DNA of 64,000 nucleotides from Pecten maximus. Its lineage: Eukaryota. The stretch lies in NCBI RefSeq assembly GCF_902652985.1, contig NC_047032.1, forward strand, positions 13,392,001-13,456,000. Direction: 5' to 3'. Every line of letters begins with the position of its first letter. Position 1 is the first letter of the stretch. The translations under genes and the position numbers were made by a program. Of the stretch, positions 13,301 to 26,039 are shown piece by piece. The notes below the pieces were generated by a model. It saw only the letters and a list, made by a program, of their open reading frames with translations. It searched no databases and was not told where the DNA came from.

Positions 13301-16300
13301 AATTTGAATTGAATTGAATAACTTAGTTAGGTCTACGTGTACAACTACATGGATTTTGGAGTTGTTTACTGTTAGGGGTCAATATACAGGAAAACCTTAA
13401 TACTAGCCTACTCGTTATAAGATTCATATGCGTACTCATTTTCAGATATTAATGTTTCAAATCTGAATGTTGTTATTGACATGAATTCATTTTTCCTAGG
13501 AAATGAAAATTAAACTTGTCAGTATAATAACTATAATGTTTAAAATTGTGAAAAAATACATTTAATCTTCTTAATGTGATATTGTAATCACTATCACCAT
13601 CAAGTATATACCGTATTGATACAACTATTGTATAAAAACTGGGATTCGTTACGACCAGATCATACCCTTTCTCAATTTATGTAACGGTATTGTGTAGAGG
13701 GCCTTTGTAATGTTGACATATCTCTGCCCAAACCGTTTTCTTCGATAATACTGCAAACTACGCTGATATCAGGAAACGTTCGCTGTAGTTTAACTACCGA
13801 TTCCGTCGTATACATGTCAAGACTGCGAAAACAATAATTTGGCTTTAATGTGAAGTTAAAGATGGAACGTATGACCATAGATGGTAGCCGGTGATAGCAA
13901 AAATATACTAGGCAAGTTCAGCACATGAATACTTGTACACAAAGGCGAACAAACACGTACTAGGCCAATATTTCGCATACAGTATCAATATTTGAGAAGC
14001 TCATCGTATGTGACGACATTGTAAGGTATGACGACTGAAGACTTCTTACTCAAAATCGATAAAATCAAAGCAAAACCTCAACACGCTGTTAAGATAAGGC
14101 GTTTCAAAAGGGTAAGCGTCTTTTGCTTCAACGTCCACACATTATATAGCTCTGTCGTAAGGAGATGTTTTTTTCGCTATCACAACAAGTTTATATCGCG
14201 TTTCTAGAATACAAATCGATATGGAATTGTAACGTGAACGTGAACCTTTACATTATCCCGAGGTTCTCGATGACAAACGTCTTAATTAAGTATGCTTCGT
14301 AATAGCTATCCTTCTGATGTTGATCGGTGCTCAATGGAACGATTCTGAATTTGAAGAAAGATTTCGCTGTCGTATTATGAGAGCACGCTTTTGCAAAGAA
14401 ACCAGATAGCTGACACAAATAGATGGCTTCGAATTATGGTGAAGAGTATTAAGTTAAGCTCATAACCAATCGGAAGTCGTGGATGAACTTGTGAAATCTT
14501 GAGTAGTTTGACATTTAAGGAAGGAGGTCGAGAGGCAACAAGAGATAGAAAATATCCGACTTGGTTATTTTCACTGAAATTTAATTCTGTTACTTGGTCA
14601 AAGGACATCTCATACATAGGTATATTTAAACATTAGCCCGGTGAAATCAACCATAACTGTCGTCCTGCTATATAATGTATCTTCTTAGTTTGATATTTTT
14701 TCGAAATAAAGTATTGTATTCGAGTGCAATATGTACCAATATGGATTATGATATCTTAAATCGTTAAACTGCATTGTAACGTTTCGCAGAATGTTATCGT
14801 TTTTAACATTTTGAGCGGTTTAAACATTTTAACAGTTGGATCATGTGAATATTGCAAACCTTTGAGCTGGTATCGGACTAGTTCATGGTCGCAGTGTTAT
14901 TTGTGTTACACAGAATATTTTAATGCCTATTGACTGTATTGATCACCGCTGGAATATTTAATAGTTTCTTTCAGTAGTTTTCGTCGCAATGGTTAACTCT
15001 TTGCATATCAGGTAAATAACTTCCTCTCATTTTTATTCTGTATATGTAGGAACGATTTCCTCGACTCATGTTTTGATTTTAACATATTTTATTGTATCAT
15101 AGATATACGATGGGAATGGGGAGTAATTTTGCCATTTTCCGAGTTAAGTAAACACCCTTACAATAAATAAATGTTCGTGGTGAAACTTCTTACTGACTAT
15201 TTGCCATTATTTTTCGTGATCAGTTTGTTAAGAGTTCGAAACCCACATTGGGCAGTTGCCTGGCACTGACCGTAGGCCGGTGGTTTTTCTCCGGGTACTC
15301 CGGCTTTTCTTGACCCTGGCTGTTAATAAGACGTTTAAACAAAATTAACGAATAATAATGTTACATTGTTCCGGTGCAGATCTCAATTCTGTCCATCATC
15401 AGCATCGAGTATATATACCAAGTCTATTTGTGGTTCACTAACCTTCAAGGTATTTCACACAAGAAGATTTATAAACGTATGGCAGAACACTATGGCTATG
15501 ATATCATTTATAAACTGAAACATTGTTAAATCTGACTTCAGAATATTCTGAATATCCCTTTTTTGTTAAGTTCCACATACCATATCGGGAGAACCAATTA
15601 GATTGCGGTTTCGCGGTTGATAATAATTCCCATTGAAAAAGACGAACTGATCTTAAAACAACATATTTTTTATGTGGAATGTGATTTGGTTCAGGTTAAT
15701 ATTAAAAACAAAGATATTCTCATATGAACTTTTATAAACCATCCAACACTAGGAACGAGACTTGGTCCTTTACAGAGCATTCGATATAACTATTGTTTGA
15801 TACAAATATAGCTAATATTCTTATTACATGTTATTTAAAAACCTAATACTGCACTCAGGACTGACATAACTGACATAAGTGACATAAATAATCGCTACTC
15901 ATTATCTCAGAGTGTCACAGAGTCCATCCACTTAACGGAAACATCTACCTCATTATCTCAGATAGTCACAGAGTCCATCCACTTCACAGAAACATCTACC
16001 TCATTATCTCAGATAGTCACAGAGTCCATCCACTTCACGGAAACATCTACCTCATTATCTCAGATAGTCACAGAGTCAATTCACTTCACAGAAACATCTA
16101 CCTCAGTATCTCAGATAGTCACAGAGTCCATCCACTTAACGGAACCATCTACCTCAGTATCTCAGATAGTCACAGAGTCCATCCACTTAACGGAAACATC
16201 TACCTCAGTATCTCAGATAGTCACAGAGTCCATCCACTTTACAGAAACATCTACCTCATTATCTCAGTGTCACAGGGTCCATTCACTTAACGGAAACATC

Positions 16301-16984
16301 TACCTCATTATCTCGGATAGTCATATAGTCCATCCACTTCACGGAAACATCTACCTCAGTATCTCAGATAGTCAGAGAGTCCATCCACTTCACGGAAACA
16401 TCTACCCCATTATCTCAGATAGTCACAGAGTCCTACCACTTAACGGAAACATCTACCTCAGTATCTCAGATAGTCACAGAGTCCATCCACTTCACGGAAA
16501 CATCTACCTCATTATCTCAGATAGTCACAGAGTCCATCAACGTCACAGAAACATATACCTCAGTATCTCAGATAGTCACAGAGTCCATCCACTTCACGGA
16601 AACATCTACCTCAGTATCTCAGATAGTCACAGAGTCCATCCACTTCACGGAAACATCTACCTCAGTATCTCAGATAGTCACAGAGTCCATCCACTTCACA
16701 GAAACATCTACCTCATTATCTCAGATAGTCACAGAGTCCATCCACTTAACGGAAACATCTACCTCATTATCTCAGATAGTCACAGAGTCAATTCACTTAA
16801 CGGAAACATCTACCTCAGTATCTCAGATAGTCACAGAGTCCATCCACTTCACGGAAACATCTACCTCATTATCTCAGAGTGTCACAGCGTCCGTCCAGTT
16901 TACGGAAGCATCAACGTCACCCATTGACCTTAGTATGTAATTGGAAGGAGTAATGCCCGCGTCTTGGCTCGACTTAATGACCTC
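10340..16984 (+). repeat. Tandem segmental duplication, copy B
   Basis: See copy A; differs by scattered SNPs, small indels and minisatellite copy number. Confidence 0.97.
15899..16918 (+). repeat. 51-bp minisatellite, about 20 units (copy B)
   Basis: Same unit as 8710-9990; 2-bp deletion near 16267. Confidence 0.97.
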
Positions 16985-17201
16985 AATTTTTATTGGTGGA
17001 GCGATTTTTTTCACTTTTGTAAAAGGACACGGATTCGTTTATATAACGATAAATAAATCTTCACTTGCTTAATTCTGAAAACCATTATCATGATACCAGG
17101 TAAAGTAATTTCTTAAAATTTCGTTCGAATTAGAAATAGGAATAATTCATCAATTAATTTAATCAATGTCTCTTCGTTTTTTTTTTATTTCTGTATAACA
17201 G

Positions 17202-17805
17202 AATGACCCCTATATAAAGAAATAAAGAAACAAGAAGACAGTTTTTATCTAACTTGATGAACCCCTGTATATAGAAATAAAGAAACAAGAAGACACTTGT
17301 TATCTAACTTGACGACCCCCTGTATATAGGACAAAAAAGAAACAAGAGGTTACATGTTATCTAACTTGATGACCCCTGTATATAGAAATGAAGAAACAAG
17401 AAGACACATGTTATCTAACTGGATGACCCACTGTATATAGAAATAAAGAAACAAGAAGACACATGTTATCTAACTTGATGAACCCCTGTATATAGAAATG
17501 AAGAAACAAGATGACACTTGTTATTTAACGCGATGACCCCCTGTATATAGAAATAAAGAAACAAGAGGTTACATGTTATCTAACGCGATGACCCCCTGTA
17601 TATAGAAATAAAGAAACAAGAAGACACATGTTATCTAACTTGATGAACCCCTATATATAGAAATGAAGAAACAAGATGACACTTGTTATTTAACTTGATG
17701 ACCCCTTGCATATAGAAATAAAGAAACAAGAAGGCACTTGTTATTTAACTTGATGACCCCTGTATATAGAAATATAGAAACTAGAAGACACTTGTTATCT
17801 AACGT
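17202..17805 (+). repeat. About 55-bp minisatellite, about 11 units
   Basis: Unit gatgaccccctgtatatagaaataaagaaacaagaagacacttgttatctaactt. Confidence 0.95.
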
Positions 17806-18319
17806 TATTTCGGGATGACTGGTATTCCATGATTCCTTTATGCGTTTCTCTGTAAATGACATTTGAGGTGTTATTTATAAGGCACAATTATGTACAATTT
17901 ACACAGACAGTTCAAAACACTATACATGGAAGTGACAAAAGTTTGAGCACGTATCTTATACAATTGTACAGTCCACCTTACCGGTTTATGAATGATAGAT
18001 GTGTATCCGATATTATTTAATATGTAGTTTATATATTTAAACTCATTCCTTCTAGCTTGTAATCTTACAGAGAAATATAAAGTTCTTTGAACATATTAAA
18101 GTAAACTATTCCAAAAGAATTGAATAGCAAAATTGCATAACATGAGCCTATATAGTACAATCGTAGAAAAATAAAACCATAAAGCAACTTTAAAAATATA
18201 CTCTGATTTCTACAAGATTAATGTTTTGGTTTATTTGTGAAAATAGATCCAAAGTCCAAAATAATACATTCACATGTACGCCAATTGCAAAGAATCCTTT
18301 TGGTGCAAAACAACAAGAT

Positions 18320-18610
18320 TTTGTTTGATTGTTTGTTTGTCGTGTCTATCGCCCTGTGACCTGCCAGGGTCATTTTGAGGTGGGGTTTCCTTGCAGTAGT
18401 TGTTGACTACTTCACTAAATACTTATGGGAGACTCGCCGCATGCCATCCATCCAGTGCACAACCACGACAGCACAGACCATGCAGTCCGTTTCGCAGATT
18501 CCCGCTAAAGAAACACAACTAATATGGGCCCCTTGCATTGCCATGCACCTCGGATCTTCACCTTAGATTCCGTGGCCGCCGCTCTCACCGACTGAGCTAT
18601 CGCGACCTCA
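18320..18610 (-). mobile_element. tRNA-derived SINE (family of 47045 and 52001 copies)
   Basis: Minus-strand head gaggtcgcgatagctcagtcggtgagagcg; shared ggatggcatg and gaccctggc blocks; (aaac)n tail. Confidence 0.75.
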
Positions 18611-19524
18611 CAATTGATCAAACGAGTGCAAATGTGAGGAACATTTAAATCATGTGCTCCTAGAAGTTCTCTTCATTGATAACATTTGTAATATTCATAT
18701 ACACATGAAAACGAAAAGAATGATGACCATAAATGATGATAATTAATCAAGTCAATTTTGCTCTGAATATATTCTTTCGTATATACACACGCATGACTTG
18801 TGTATGTCAAAATAAATTTCATGTAGAACTGACTAATAAATTTGGTGATAGCCGTTTTTATCAGCAAGACAGGAAATGTAATTGGCTTGTAGTATGATGG
18901 TAATGAAAACAGTCTTCGCTAGTAACAGGCATAAATGATTGACTGTTTCGTGTTTTTATTATATGTTATATGCATAATTTCATTTTAGCGACACCGACCT
19001 AGCTAATACAAACAGCAAAGCACTACTTACCTGTGTTCGCCTGTTGCTGCTATCCGCCGAGGGTTACACAACACAACAGACAATACAATCCAACCTGTCT
19101 ACGTCGTGAATGATAGTATGTAGCGTGTGTTCGTTGAAGGAATATTTTGAGGAAACAGTCCATTTACAATAAAACCAACGCCCATTCCACACACTCGATT
19201 AAATGTAATTTGAACATCAATACAACTGTCGCATTTGACAAAACACTTAGTAAGCATGTCAAATCGTCACATTTAAATACAGAAGGGTGTTTTCTTGTAA
19301 CCGTCAATCTTATGATCCAATGTTTTCACTTCTGTAGAGTCAGATAGAGGCTGCTAACAAGGTAATATCAAACATACCTACTGTCATAGATTCCTGGTCG
19401 ATAATACACGTAAAACAATACATGACAATGCACTGCAAATCCCTCAATACATCACAAACACTGTACATATGGAATACGGTAAGCTTAACTGACCTTAATC
19501 AATCAGACTAGAAATAATATTTCT

Positions 19525-19538
19525 GTAACCATAGCAAC
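19525..19538. promoter_or_regulatory. RFX X-box motif
   Basis: GTAACCATAGCAAC matches GTNRCC-N2-RGYAAC exactly; adjacent GTTGCC half-site. Confidence 0.4.
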
Positions 19539-20535
19539 GCGTTGCCTAAAATGATAATAATATATATTGTTAAGAATAATATCTAAAACATCAATAAAAT
19601 ATAGCTGTATGGATAAATGTTGGGGAGATGAGATATTTCTAATGTATATCTCTCGAGATAACAAGGCTTTGGTGTATCATTTACGCCAGTTGTCAACGTA
19701 TTCATAATATTAAGCCTACAGCGGCCATGTAGGCATCGCCGTACAGGTATTACTGGTGACAGATCGACTGCATTCCGCCACTTACGATAATCAATCATTT
19801 TACTTAGTACACACATAACAGGATTTTTTATTTAAAAAACAAAAAATTAAAATAATGATTTTATGCACATGTTTTATTTTTTAAATGAAGTAACGCAATA
19901 TATACAGGCTAAATACTCGACGATGCTTATTTCCCCATCCATTAGCCCAATGAAGTGACATTTGTAGAAATGCATGTAATAACACACCATTTAAAGATTG
20001 AAGAATGAAATATCTAAAATGAATTAGTCTTAACGATTACCCAATAATTTCATCATCATGCTCTTCTTTTGCGTAGTTAAATCTGACTATGATGTAATTA
20101 AATCAGGCAAGACGGATCGATCCATGTCTGTAGATATGGCACCAGACGGCCTCTCTTTACGCATGATATTCCACAGAATTCCTTAAAACCAACGTTTTAT
20201 CGTTGGCTCGACCAAGTGCTCAACCAAGACGTAGGCGGAATCTTAAATCAAATCAGTTTTTCAGTCGGTCTTATTAAAATCACACTTTGATGTGCTACAT
20301 TCTGATATGTACGTATCTGGATGTACAAATGTAGTTTACAGAATGGGAGCACAGATCACGGTATTGTTTTAACCAGACTTTGTGACAGTCGTATTTAGAT
20401 ATTACGGAAGTACTTAGACTAAAATGCCGTTTTTTTTTTCTTCAAAAAAGTGAGTAATCCTGAACATAAGGTTTTTTGTGATTATGAAATACATCTGCTT
20501 GCATTTCGTGAAACATAAGACTAACGTGAAATATA

Positions 20536-20773
20536 CGAGGGCTGATTGATAAGTTATGTGACTCAAATTGAAGGATTTGAATTTTAACGGACATATTGTA
20601 TCATAATGCTATGATATTATACATATTATATTATTAGTGCTACCTCGTCATAACTAACCAAATGAGAACAGTCCTTGGGTACACGGCCCTATATGGTAAG
20701 AGAATAGTAGAACTTTACATCCTTGAGTACCTCCTTCAATACGAAGCTCACAACATATCAATGTATACCCTCG
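20536..20773. mobile_element. Internally deleted mariner-type MITE
   Basis: TA-cgagggctgattgataagtt ... aacatatcaatgtataccctcg-TA termini. Confidence 0.65.
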
Positions 20774-21081
20774 TACTTTCATCACTTATCATCACTTATA
20801 CCATATTACTATCGTTCCAAACACCATCAACAACCTGATTTAATTTTGTAACATTCATTACATTACTTCCTCCTAAAATCCATTTGACAGTCCGGAAAAA
20901 CGCATACATACATGTATACATGTAATTACTGTATGTGTCCCGTAATGTAGTGAGAATAAGCATCTATATTTCAATTAGATTGATTTGGAAGTCACTTCAA
21001 TTTTACAATCTTTTCATCAACGTTCATTCTTGATATCTCACTTGACAGAGAAATCGATTCCCAAAACAGTAAACGTATCCC

Positions 21082-21498
21082 TTATTTTTCAACATAATCC
21101 CCTTCAATATCTATACACTTTTGCCAGAGGTGTTTAAGGGCCTCAATGCCACTTTTATAGAATTCCTTTTCTTGGCTGTTCAGAAAGTCATCCACTGCAT
21201 GTTAGGTCTGATGGAGCGAGATCAGGTGAATAAGGCGGATGATCAATCAATTTAAAGCCACAATCGTGAATGGACCACGGCAATGGCAGACTCTTTCATC
21301 CTAACCCAAATCCTAACCTATCTTGTGCATTTTGCAATAACAGCTTGTCTTGTTTACTATAGAGTACTACCTCGTCGATATACACTAACTGAATGAGACC
21401 AGTCCTTTGGTACACGGCACTATATAGTCAGAGAATAAAAGGACTGAAAAAGAACACCCTCTTCAATAGGGGGCTCACAACTTATCAATCAGCCCTCG
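21082..21498 (-). mobile_element. Mariner transposase relic with one TIR
   Basis: Minus strand reads HDCGFKLIDHPPYSPDLAPSD and AVDDFLNSQEKEFYKSGIEALKHLWQKCIDIEGDYVEK*, the mariner YSPDLAPxD motif and C-terminus; TIR aacttatcaatcagccctcg-TA. Confidence 0.9.
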
Positions 21499-24480
21499 TA
21501 AAACTTGTGTGAAACAAACCTGATCGTATTTCGTTAAGCATAATACTGATAGAAAACAAACCCGCATATTTCTTGTGGGAAGAAAAACTGATGTAATACA
21601 CATGAAAGCAAACTGCATGTGTCCGTCTATTGGTATCTTGTTTTTTTCTTTTTTCAAAGTCCTTCATTTTCACTTGTTGAAACGTATGGATATATTACTA
21701 CACTTTTTTCGACATTTCCAGATTTGACCTAGATTTTTTATAAGGTGACGCCGATGAATAAGAAGACGCTTACTCTTCAAAACACCTGGTCTTCTCTCAT
21801 ACGTTTTAGGAGTCTCCATACAAATCAGTAATTGTGTTAATATTTTACCCGAATTTAATCGATTTGGGGTTTGGTTATAGTGTCGGTATTCTTTGTTGTT
21901 TTAATAACAGATAAACTGTATACACTATAGTTGGTAATAGATTCGGAGGATTTCATTTCATTATATTACTGGTTATTAGATATAACTCGAAAATGAACAC
22001 CCAGCAATATTTAAATAAACAAACACGTTTGTGGATGTTTTTACTACAAAAGTATTCACAATGCTTGATTGCGCGAAATTAAATACCCGCCAACTAGGTC
22101 ACACTGTGTGAACCGAAATTATTTATAATTAGCCCGTTAGATTCGACTGCTGTTAGTATTGGTCATTGTCGATCGGATAAACCCCAACACCTTAAAATAA
22201 TGGACAATATATGGTCTTCTGAATCAGTCTTAACCACAGCGTAACCACAAAAGGAAAATTCATCTTTAAACCTACAGATTTCAACTTCCTACAAGTAGTT
22301 TTTTCCAAGTAGTTTTTTCCAAGTATTTTTTTGTCGCAGTCGTTTCGATATTCTAGGGTATTTTCCAAATATCACGATTTCGTGGCAAATCTTGCATCAC
22401 AGAATTTTCAGATATGCAAACTGAAGAAGGCTATATGGTAAGTTTTATGGTCAATTTAATGATATCTTTTTTTCGTAAATGATATGTATATATAGTCAGA
22501 AGTTTTAGAGGCGCAATGACATGACTGGAAGTTTTGTTGTCATTATAAACGTGACATTTCCTGCATTAGACCTACATGGCAGAAGGCACTTAATTACTAA
22601 CCCTTCAGGAATTTTCACTGGGCTTCATATAAATTTACGTATACATTTTGTTTGAATATTTAGCCTACCCAATGCCAAACATTATATTTCACTTGCAAAA
22701 TTTGAATTTGCATATACATGTCCCCATTGTACCATGTTACCAATGATAGAATAAACCCTAAATAAACCCTATACTTCCAGTACCCTTGTAAAGGCTAGAC
22801 GTTTAAGTAGGAGACATGTCCGGTCATCAATCATCGCCCAACTGGTCACTGCACTGTAAGTAAGCTGTTATATTTTACACAGATGTTTCCAGTAGCTACA
22901 TATGTATGATTGACGGTTTAGCGTGAAGTCTGACATCGCTATTATGAGTTTATCAGCGATACCGATGACAGAATCTGTCCATGACCTCGCGGCTGTATGA
23001 CGCGTCATCATGGCCGACGGCAATCGCGCGTGAACTCGTATATGGTACAGTGCGTCGAGGTCAAGGACATGTATATTCATCTACGGCGCAGAAAAATATG
23101 TAATACTTGTAGTTAATGCGTTAGGTAGACGAAGAAACCACTATCTTAAACAGATATATTTTTTTAAATTTTATAAAACGTAGACTACTTCCTTCAGATA
23201 ATAAGTTAAAACAAAAGAATATGTTCCTAGTTTCTTTTATTAAGGGACATCTAAATAGTAAATCTAGTGACATCGATGGTATCTTACAAGCCTGTCAATC
23301 CCTATTATGGTGAAAGGTGGGGTCAATATTTGGCCCCCACTTCATTTTTTTTCACATATTGTAGAACCAGGAAAATGAACCAAAATCACATAAATTATTA
23401 GTCATTATTACTTCTGATAGTCGTAGTGGACCTCCTTGCATAACACCATGTTGAGTGGCGGAGGTGTACCCTAACAAAATGATTGATAATTTTCACAGGC
23501 TTATGTAAGAGGTTACAGTATATACATGTAAATTTACTGTTATTTTGTCATACAGACATACATGAAGTAAGTGTAGGGATACATTTAATTATAATAACAT
23601 GCAAAATATTCACAAAATTTAGAATGTATACAATTATGTCAACTTAAATTAGTATAGATGTAATCACAGTCTATATTTTATACTTCTTTAAAATCTTTCT
23701 ATATATACAATTGTATATACGTTCTACACAATTGATTTGGGGAAATTTCAAAAATGGTTAATTACTTTTTAGCATGCTAAACATGTCCAATGCACATTTC
23801 CCCCTGCTTAAAGTTTCAAAGTGTAGGACTAATGACATCACCTTTGCGCACACTTTAAGACATTCAAATGTCCTACAAGTATGATATAGCAGGATTTTTA
23901 TTGATTTAAATGCTTCCCTTTTTTTTACCATATCTGTGTAATATTATTCATAACCTCCATTTGCATTTCAAGGTCATAACAAAATTAGTGTTTATACGTA
24001 TATCAAGTCAAATCCGGTCAAACAGATGATTCTATCACGTGCTATAGACACTTGTGAGCACAAAGCACAACAGCACGGCTGGCTATTTTTCAGGACTAAT
24101 CATTTGTGTGGTTTATACTTATTCCCTACTACATATTACCACAAAGTAACTATACATAAGAAACTGTTAGCATGTACTGCAGATTATTGGTGATTTTAAG
24201 AAACTACAAACATTTTGGCATACTTTCAGTATTATGTGACTTGTTTTGTGGAAAGCAGATATTGATTCGTTTTTAAAATTCAACATCATTCTCCCATAAA
24301 GATGACCATAACGTCAGCATACAATTTCGCTCAATTTTTCGTTAATTGATCATAAAAAATAAGATTAAAGATAAGATTAAATTATGCCAACAATTTCATC
24401 TGTGCAACCTAGGTCTGTGTGCTATACCAGTGCATCTTGCAGGACGATGTCATAATGTAATACGCTCACTAACAAATATA

Positions 24481-25170
24481 TTTAACAGAAATGATAACAG
24501 TATTCAACTGATCTCCTAAGCTTAGTTAACATATAATAACAATATTCAACTGACCTCCTAAGCTTAGTTTAACATGTCATAACAGTATTCAACTGACCTC
24601 CTAAGCTTAGTTTAACATATAATAACAATATTCAACTGACCTTCTAAGCTTAGTTTAACATATAATAACAGTATTCAACTGATCTCCTAAGCTTAGTTTA
24701 AGATATAATAACAGTATTCAACTGACCTTCTTAGCTTAGTTTAACATATAATAACAGTATTCAACTGACCTCCTAAGCTTAGTCTAACATGTAATAACAG
24801 TATTCAACTGACCTTCTTAGCTTAGTTTAACATATAATAACAGTATTCAACTGACCTTCTTAGCTTAGTTTAACATATAATAACAGTATTCAACTGACCT
24901 TCTTAGCTTAGTCTAACATGTAATAACAGTATTCAACTGATCTCCTAAGCTTAGTTTAACATATAATAACATTATTCAACTGACTTTCTTAGCTTAGTTT
25001 AACATATAATAACAGTATTCAACTGACCTCCTAAGCTTAGTTTAACATATAATAACAGTATTCAACTGACCTCCTAAGCTTAGTTTAACATGTAATAACA
25101 GTATTCAACTGACCTTCTTAGCTTACTTTATTATGTCATTACTGTATTAAATTGTCCTCCCTAGTTTAGT
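24481..25170 (+). repeat. 43-bp minisatellite, about 15-16 units
   Basis: Unit tttaacatataataacagtattcaactgacctcctaagcttag. Confidence 0.95.
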
Positions 25171-25512
25171 TTAATTTACATATGTTTACTACATATACAA
25201 TAGCATATTAAACTAACATCCCTAGTTTACTTCCCTGTTGAACTGTCGCTAATAGTTCAGTACTTGACAGTGTTTAAGGTGTAGTCGACAAAACAATACT
25301 CCTAACTGGGCACCTCGTAATGTTGTTATAATTATTGTCTTTCACTTTCCGATGTATGTTAGCATGGGGTAAATAGTTATGTAAGTATAATGTTGATTTA
25401 CTTTGAAAGTGCAAATGAAATTGTTCCATCACCCATTTTTTTTATATAACTTTATTTTTTACCTCACAGATTTTGTCCATTTTGCAAAAGCCGCTTGCCT
25501 TGTTTAATTTAG

Positions 25513-25792
25513 AGTGCTACCTCGTCGATATTTAAGCTAACCAATTGAGACCAGTCTTTGTGTACACGGCCCTACATAGTCAGAGAATAGTAGAACTTTA
25601 CATCATTGAGTACCTCCTTCAATACGACGCTCACAACATATCAATGTATATCCTCGTACTTTCATCACTTATCATCACTTATACCATATTACTATCGTTC
25701 CAAACACCATCAACAACATGACTTAATTTTGTAACATTCAATGCATCACTTCCTCCTAAAATCCATTTGACAGTCCGGAAAAACGCATACAT
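25513..25792 (+). repeat. Dispersed duplicate of 20636-20910 (mariner end plus flank)
   Basis: agtgctacctcgtc ... gtccggaaaaacgcatacat present at both loci. Confidence 0.9.
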
Positions 25793-26039
25793 GCATAAAT
25801 AATTGCTGATCTACCTAATCTACCTGATCTTCTGTCTGTATAAGCTATGAGCTTCTAGGCCACCTTTATTCTTCTATACATACTAGAAGATGTTGCGGGT
25901 TGCGCATGTATATCCACAATATTCCTAGTTCATTTGGGTTACTCTGTTAAAATACTTCCATGGTTAAAAACACAACGTTGACGTCGGTATATATATACAT
26001 TGTTCTAACTCGCGAACACTTCCACTCTATATCTGCAAT

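Larger units (their letters stand above)
14008..17855 (+). pseudogene. Putative decayed single-pass receptor, copy B (signal peptide, Ser/Thr repeats, TM, ITAM-like tail)
   Basis: Exons 14008-14020 (TGG>TGA), 14975-15011, 15380-15449, 15911-17099, 17202-17855; hydrophobic run WLDLMTSIFIGGAIFFTFVKGHGFVYITI in the repeat frame; several stops and frameshifts. Confidence 0.45.

Noticed and set aside
5420-14617. Paired ORFs 5420/12683, 6477/13672, 7170/14375
   Set aside because: Similarity is explained by the recent segmental duplication; no recognisable domains.
24481-25170. CRISPR-like appearance of this and other arrays
   Set aside because: Head-to-tail repeats without unique spacers, no cas genes, eukaryotic intron-containing context.
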